NCBI GenBank assembly: GCA_049970495.1
Contig: JBMFMV010000010.1
Span: 1-35,199, forward strand
DNA: 35,199 nucleotides
From: a bacterium
GTDB taxonomy: Bacteria; DUMJ01
Direction: 5' to 3'
Shown here: positions 31,008 to 35,199 of the stretch, piece by piece
Position numbering within the stretch: position 1 is the first letter of the stretch
Layout: the number at the start of each line of letters is the position of its first letter
Made by a program: the position numbers and the translations under genes
The notes under the pieces: generated by a model
Told to the model about the DNA's origin: nothing
The model's database searches: none
The model's input: the letters and a program-made list of their open reading frames with translations, nothing else

Positions 31008-32267
31008 ATGATAAGACAGTTTAACATAGACCTTATAGATGTAGTAAGAGGAATTTCTGATTGTGTAGACCTAGTCAATTCTTTGTTTAACCATCACCAT
31101 AAGAGGGTAGCCTGTATCGCTTTAAATATAGCCCAAGAGATGGGTCTTTCTTGGGAAGAGAAAAGAGATATCCTTATTGCTAGTCTTTTGCATGATATTG
31201 GAGCTCTTTCTATAAAAGAGAGATTAAAATACTTAGAGTTTGAGTCAAACTTTGAAGCTAAAAATCCATATGGACATGCGGAGATAGGATACAATTTATT
31301 CAGAGATTTTAAGCCATTTATTAATCCTAGCTTATTTATAAGATATCATCATACATATTATAAGAATGTTAGAGAAGAGCTACCTCTAGGGGGATATATA
31401 TTACATCTTTCAGATAGAATAGCAATATCTATAAAAGATGGGGATGTATTAAAACAAAAAGACGGTATAATAGAGAAGGTATCTGCCCAGAAGAATAATA
31501 TGTTTCATCCAGATGTAATAGATGCCTTTCTGAGTATCTCTAAAAGAGATAGTTTTTGGTTTGATGCTACATATATGCCTCTTGAACTACTGACTATGGA
31601 GAATAACCTAAGTGCAAGAACAGTTTTAGATTTAGATGAGTTATTAACCTTAGCATTAATATTTCACATGATTATAGACTTTAGAAGCAGGTTTACTGCA
31701 TTTCACTCATGTGGAGTAGCGGAGATCGCAGCAGGACTTGCTAGGGAATTAGGCTTTTCAGAGAACGAATTAAAGCTTATAAGAATAGCTGGTTATCTGC
31801 ACGACATAGGTAAAGTATCTATCCCGATAGAGATTCTAGAAAAGCCAGATATATTGACTGAGGAAGAGTATAACATAATAAAACTTCATGCTTATTATTC
31901 TTACAGGATATTAGAACATATAGAAGGCTTAGAATTAATAAATGAGTAGGGGTCGCTTCACCATGAAAGGCTTGATGGTAGCGGATATCCTTTTGGTATA
32001 AAGGAAGATGGTCTATCTCTAGGCTCTAGAATTATAGCTATTGCCGATGTATTTACTGCACTTATAGAAGATAGACCCTACAGAAGAGGAATGGACATAG
32101 ATGAGGCTTTGGATAATATCAGAAGTCTAGTAAGGGCTAATAAATTAGACAGGTATATCTTTTCTGTCTTAGAGAGAAATGTAAGTTCAATAGGAGAAAT
32201 GTTATTCTCTATAAGACAGATAGCATTAGAAAGATTTTTAAGATTTTATCCTGAGATAAAGGGGTGA
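31008..32267 (+). pseudogene. Dual HD / HD-GYP cyclic dinucleotide phosphodiesterase with in-frame TAG at 31947-31949
   Basis: Two HDIG motifs. After the TAG the frame continues GSLHHERLDGSGYPFG...IADVFTALIEDRPYR to TGA 32267. Confidence 0.87.
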
Positions 32268-32271
32268 GATT

Positions 32272-32676
32272 ATGCCATTAGTATGGAATGATTCTTTATT
32301 AACTGGTGTAGTAATAATCGACTCTCAACATAAGGAGCTTTTTAGAAGGATAAATGAGCTTCTAGAATCTGCTGGAAGGAGTAAGGAGAGGATCCAGGAA
32401 ATTACAGATTTCTTACAGAATTACGTAAGAAACCACTTTTTGACTGAAGAGACACTTATGCAAAGGGCTAACTATCCAGAGTATCAACTCCATAAGAGAG
32501 CTCATGACAAGTATAGTCAAGATTTTAAAGAGTTAAAAGATACCATAGATAAAGAGGGGATTAATCTCAATCTAACCGTCAAAATGAATCAACTAATGAT
32601 AGATTGGTGGATAAATCATATAAACAGTGTAGACAAAAAGATGGCTCAATTTCTAAGAGAGAAAAGGGTTTCATAG
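32272..32676 (+). CDS. Bacteriohemerythrin
   Basis: W...L.TG...IDSQH, HFLTEE, HKRAH, HINSVD di-iron ligands. Confidence 0.93.
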   Translation: MPLVWNDSLLTGVVIIDSQHKELFRRINELLESAGRSKERIQEITDFLQNYVRNHFLTEETLMQRANYPEYQLHKRAHDKYSQDFKELKDTIDKEGINLNLTVKMNQLMIDWWINHINSVDKKMAQFLREKRVS

Positions 32677-32709
32677 GCTTTAATTAAGTTATCAGATTTG
32701 GAGGTAAAG

Positions 32710-33918
32710 ATGAGCGAAATTTTAGGTAAAGAAAGAGACAGAAAGGAGATATTAAAAGAGATTATCAGAAAACTTCATCTTGGGGGTGACCCTTTAGAGG
32801 CCAAGAAACAGTTTAAGGAGCTTTTGGGTAGTGTGGACGCCTTGGAAATCTCCAAAGTGGAGCAGGAACTAGTAAAAGAAGGCATATCAAGAGACGAGAT
32901 TCAAAAATTATGCGAAGTCCACTTAGAAATATTTAAGGAGTCTCTTGAGAAGAAAGAGGAAGACTTAAAAGCAGGACATCCCATAAATATTCTCAGGGAA
33001 GAACATAGAATATTGCTAGACTTTGCTATTAAACTCCAGAATATTATAAAGGAATCAGATATCCTTGAAAGATCTGCTGAGAGAAAGGCAGAAATTCTTG
33101 ATATAATAGAACATCTTAAAGAATCAGAGAAACACTATCTTAGAGAAGAAAATGTCTTATTCCCTTATCTAGAAAAACATGGAATAACTGAACCTCCCGC
33201 TGTAATGTGGAAAGAACATGATATGATTCGTTCAGTAAAGAAAGAGATATATTCTAATATTGAAAGGGTAGAGGAAGAACCTCAAGATTCTCTCAATAAA
33301 CTAAGATCACTTACAGAGGGCTTATCTCAACTACTCTCTAGCCATTTCTATAAGGAGAATAATATACTCTTTCCCACAGGCTTGAGGGTCATTCAGGATA
33401 GAGAATGGATAGAGATAAGAAGTCAGTTTGATGAAATAGGTTATTGCTGTTTCACCCCAGAATCTACCCTAGCACCTTTGGAGAAGGTAGAAGAGACCAA
33501 GATAGAAAAAGAAGAGGGAGTAATTGTTTTAGAAACAGGAACTTTCACCGTCGAAGAACTAGAAAGTATCCTAAATACCCTACCTGTAGATATAACATTT
33601 GTAGATAAAAACGACTCTGTTAGATATTTTAGTCAGACTAAAGATAGGATATTTGTAAGGACCAAGGCTGTTATAGGTAGAAAGGTCCAGCAGTGCCATC
33701 CTCAGAAGAGTCTACATGTGGTTAACCAGATAATAGAGGATTTTAGAAGCGGAAAACGAGATTCAGCTGAGTTTTGGATTAATCTAAATAATAGACTTAT
33801 CTACATAAGATACTTTGCAGTCCGAGATAAAAATGGAAATTACCTCGGAGCCTTAGAAGTAACTCAAGATATCACCAATATAAAAAGGATAGAGGGAGAA
33901 AAAAGACTGTTGGACTGA
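32710..33918 (+). CDS. DUF438 / hemerythrin / PAS_10 domain protein
   Basis: EQELVKEG..LCEVH, HYLREENVLFP, VMWKEH, KENNILFP, LPVDITFVD, CHPQKS; GGAGG RBS before ATG 32710. Confidence 0.9.
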   Translation: MSEILGKERDRKEILKEIIRKLHLGGDPLEAKKQFKELLGSVDALEISKVEQELVKEGISRDEIQKLCEVHLEIFKESLEKKEEDLKAGHPINILREEHRILLDFAIKLQNIIKESDILERSAERKAEILDIIEHLKESEKHYLREENVLFPYLEKHGITEPPAVMWKEHDMIRSVKKEIYSNIERVEEEPQDSLNKLRSLTEGLSQLLSSHFYKENNILFPTGLRVIQDREWIEIRSQFDEIGYCCFTPESTLAPLEKVEETKIEKEEGVIVLETGTFTVEELESILNTLPVDITFVDKNDSVRYFSQTKDRIFVRTKAVIGRKVQQCHPQKSLHVVNQIIEDFRSGKRDSAEFWINLNNRLIYIRYFAVRDKNGNYLGALEVTQDITNIKRIEGEKRLLD

Positions 33919-33933
33919 GAGAAAAAATTAACT

Positions 33934-33962
33934 AGATTGCTTCGCTAACACTCACAATAACA
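33934..33962 (+). repeat. Degenerate REP-like element
   Basis: AGATTGCTTCGCTAACACTCACAATAACA resembles the recalled AGATTGCTTCG...GCTCGCAATGAC repeat family; single copy in this window. Confidence 0.45.
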
Positions 33963-33986
33963 GAAAAGGCGCTAGTGATTAAATTC

Positions 33987-34011
33987 AAAAGGGCTAAACT
34001 TATAGCTTTTT
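33987..34011 (+). terminator. Weak hairpin between convergent genes
   Basis: AAAAGGGCTA-AACTTA-TAGCTTTTT; the stem relies on G-U pairs. Confidence 0.3.
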
Positions 34012-34025
34012 ATTGCTACTTCAAG

Positions 34026-35198
34026 TTACCTTTCCTTAAGTAGATCTTCTATAATTCTTCTTCCAGCAATACCAAACTCTTTACACTGCTCTGGATTCTT
34101 AATAAAGAATTCAATAGCATCGGCTAATGCATTAATGTCTCCATAGTTAACCAGTTTACCGTTTATACCATCTTTAACCAGATATCTTGAGCCAGTGGTA
34201 TTGGTAGCAACTACCGGCTTTTTAGCAGCCAAGGCTTCACATATGACTCTTGGAGGAACACCTTCTTTCTCAGATGTAAGGGTAACTAAATCCATTATAC
34301 TTAAAAGTCTAGGGATGTCACTCCTATATCCGAGAAAGCGAACCCTCTCAGCGAGTCCTTCTCTACTTATTAGTTGTTTTAACTCCTTCTCTAGAGATCC
34401 GTCTCCTATAACAAGACACATAAGGTTCTTATACTTTGGGAAAAGTCTTTTTAGACCTTCAAAAAGGAATTTATGACCTTTTACAGGTTCAAGTCTTGCA
34501 ATAACCCCTATAACAAACTCGTTATTTATCCCGAACTCATTTCTAAGAATCCTTTTTTTCACCTCATCAAAGTTAGAAAGTTCCTTATCAAATTTATCTA
34601 GATCTATCTCTAAATCATAAGTTCCTAATTGTGTTTCGGCTAATCTGTCTTTTAGTTTTGTAGCTATATCTGCTAGACTTTCCGCCATATCTGAAAGCTG
34701 CATATTTACATTCATCTGTTGTTCAGAGGCAGAAGCTATCTCTTTACTTCCTCTAGTTATCTCACGACTAGACTCAGCAGTTAATTCAATTCTATGAGCT
34801 ATATCCTGTATATTATCTACAATTACTTTAAATGTATTCGTTATCTCCTGAAGAATTTCTTCTCCTCTTTCTACCTGTTGGTTACTCGAAGAAATGGTAT
34901 TAACAGTATCTGTCATCTTTTTTGAGAGCTCATCGATTGTGATCTTAATCTTTTCGAGGAAATCCTGAGTCTGATAAGCTAATTGTCGTACTTCGTCTGC
35001 TACCACTGCAAAGCCTCTACCGTGTTCCCCAGCACGTGCTGCCTCAATGGCTGCATTCAATGCTAATAAGTTGGTCTGTTCTGCTATATTAGATATCATT
35101 TTTACTATATTATCTATCTCTCCAAAAGCCCTACTGAGTTCAGTAATCATTGACATCGTGTGTCCTGCCGCTTGAGCAATATAATGCATCTGCTCTGT
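34026..35198 (-). CDS. Methyl-accepting chemotaxis signalling domain fused to a GT4 glycosyltransferase C-terminal domain (5' end off-window)
   Basis: [34 protein letters not shown] followed in frame by [35 protein letters not shown]; the frame is open to the window edge. Confidence 0.9.
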   Translation of the reverse strand, partial: TEQMHYIAQAAGHTMSMITELSRAFGEIDNIVKMISNIAEQTNLLALNAAIEAARAGEHGRGFAVVADEVRQLAYQTQDFLEKIKITIDELSKKMTDTVNTISSSNQQVERGEEILQEITNTFKVIVDNIQDIAHRIELTAESSREITRGSKEIASASEQQMNVNMQLSDMAESLADIATKLKDRLAETQLGTYDLEIDLDKFDKELSNFDEVKKRILRNEFGINNEFVIGVIARLEPVKGHKFLFEGLKRLFPKYKNLMCLVIGDGSLEKELKQLISREGLAERVRFLGYRSDIPRLLSIMDLVTLTSEKEGVPPRVICEALAAKKPVVATNTTGSRYLVKDGINGKLVNYGDINALADAIEFFIKNPEQCKEFGIAGRRIIEDLLKER

Positions 35199-35199
35199 C

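Noticed and set aside
25978..31949. Alternative genetic code (TGA or TAG reassigned)
   Set aside because: Both codons end many full-length genes here (TGA: rbsK, mtaB, trpE; TAG: cysK, ychF), and only one internal instance of each was found.
1..35199. CRISPR arrays, tRNA/rRNA genes, IS elements, prophage
   Set aside because: Intergenic gaps are all under about 170 nt, with no repeat-spacer pattern, cloverleaf, or transposase/integrase ORF seen.

Overview
AT-rich bacterial chromosomal segment. The Ile/Glu/Lys-rich proteins and the gene content suggest an anaerobic, possibly thermophilic organism (inference). Left to right: a MoxR-DUF58-BatA/vWA membrane operon (-); ribokinase and nucleoside hydrolase; a SAM methyltransferase; a PHP hydrolase; a putative DNA modification/repair radical SAM protein; DUF951-ychF; trpEGDCFBA (-); a TetR-MMPL-membrane protein operon (-); an orphan MtaB-family methyltransferase; sufCBDSU-cysK; a hemerythrin / dual HD-GYP / hemerythrin / DUF438-PAS cluster; and the 3' part of a chemoreceptor fused to a glycosyltransferase C-terminal domain. 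Highlights: (1) the MCP-GT4 fusion, with an altered EX7E motif; (2) ten NAG repeats resembling a TRAP site over the trpE ribosome-binding site; (3) in-frame stops in sufB (TGA) and HD-GYP (TAG), plus two apparent ATA start codons, all explainable by C:G>T:A changes in a CTAG-rich sequence; (4) several probable leaderless genes. No rRNA, tRNA, CRISPR array or transposase was seen.
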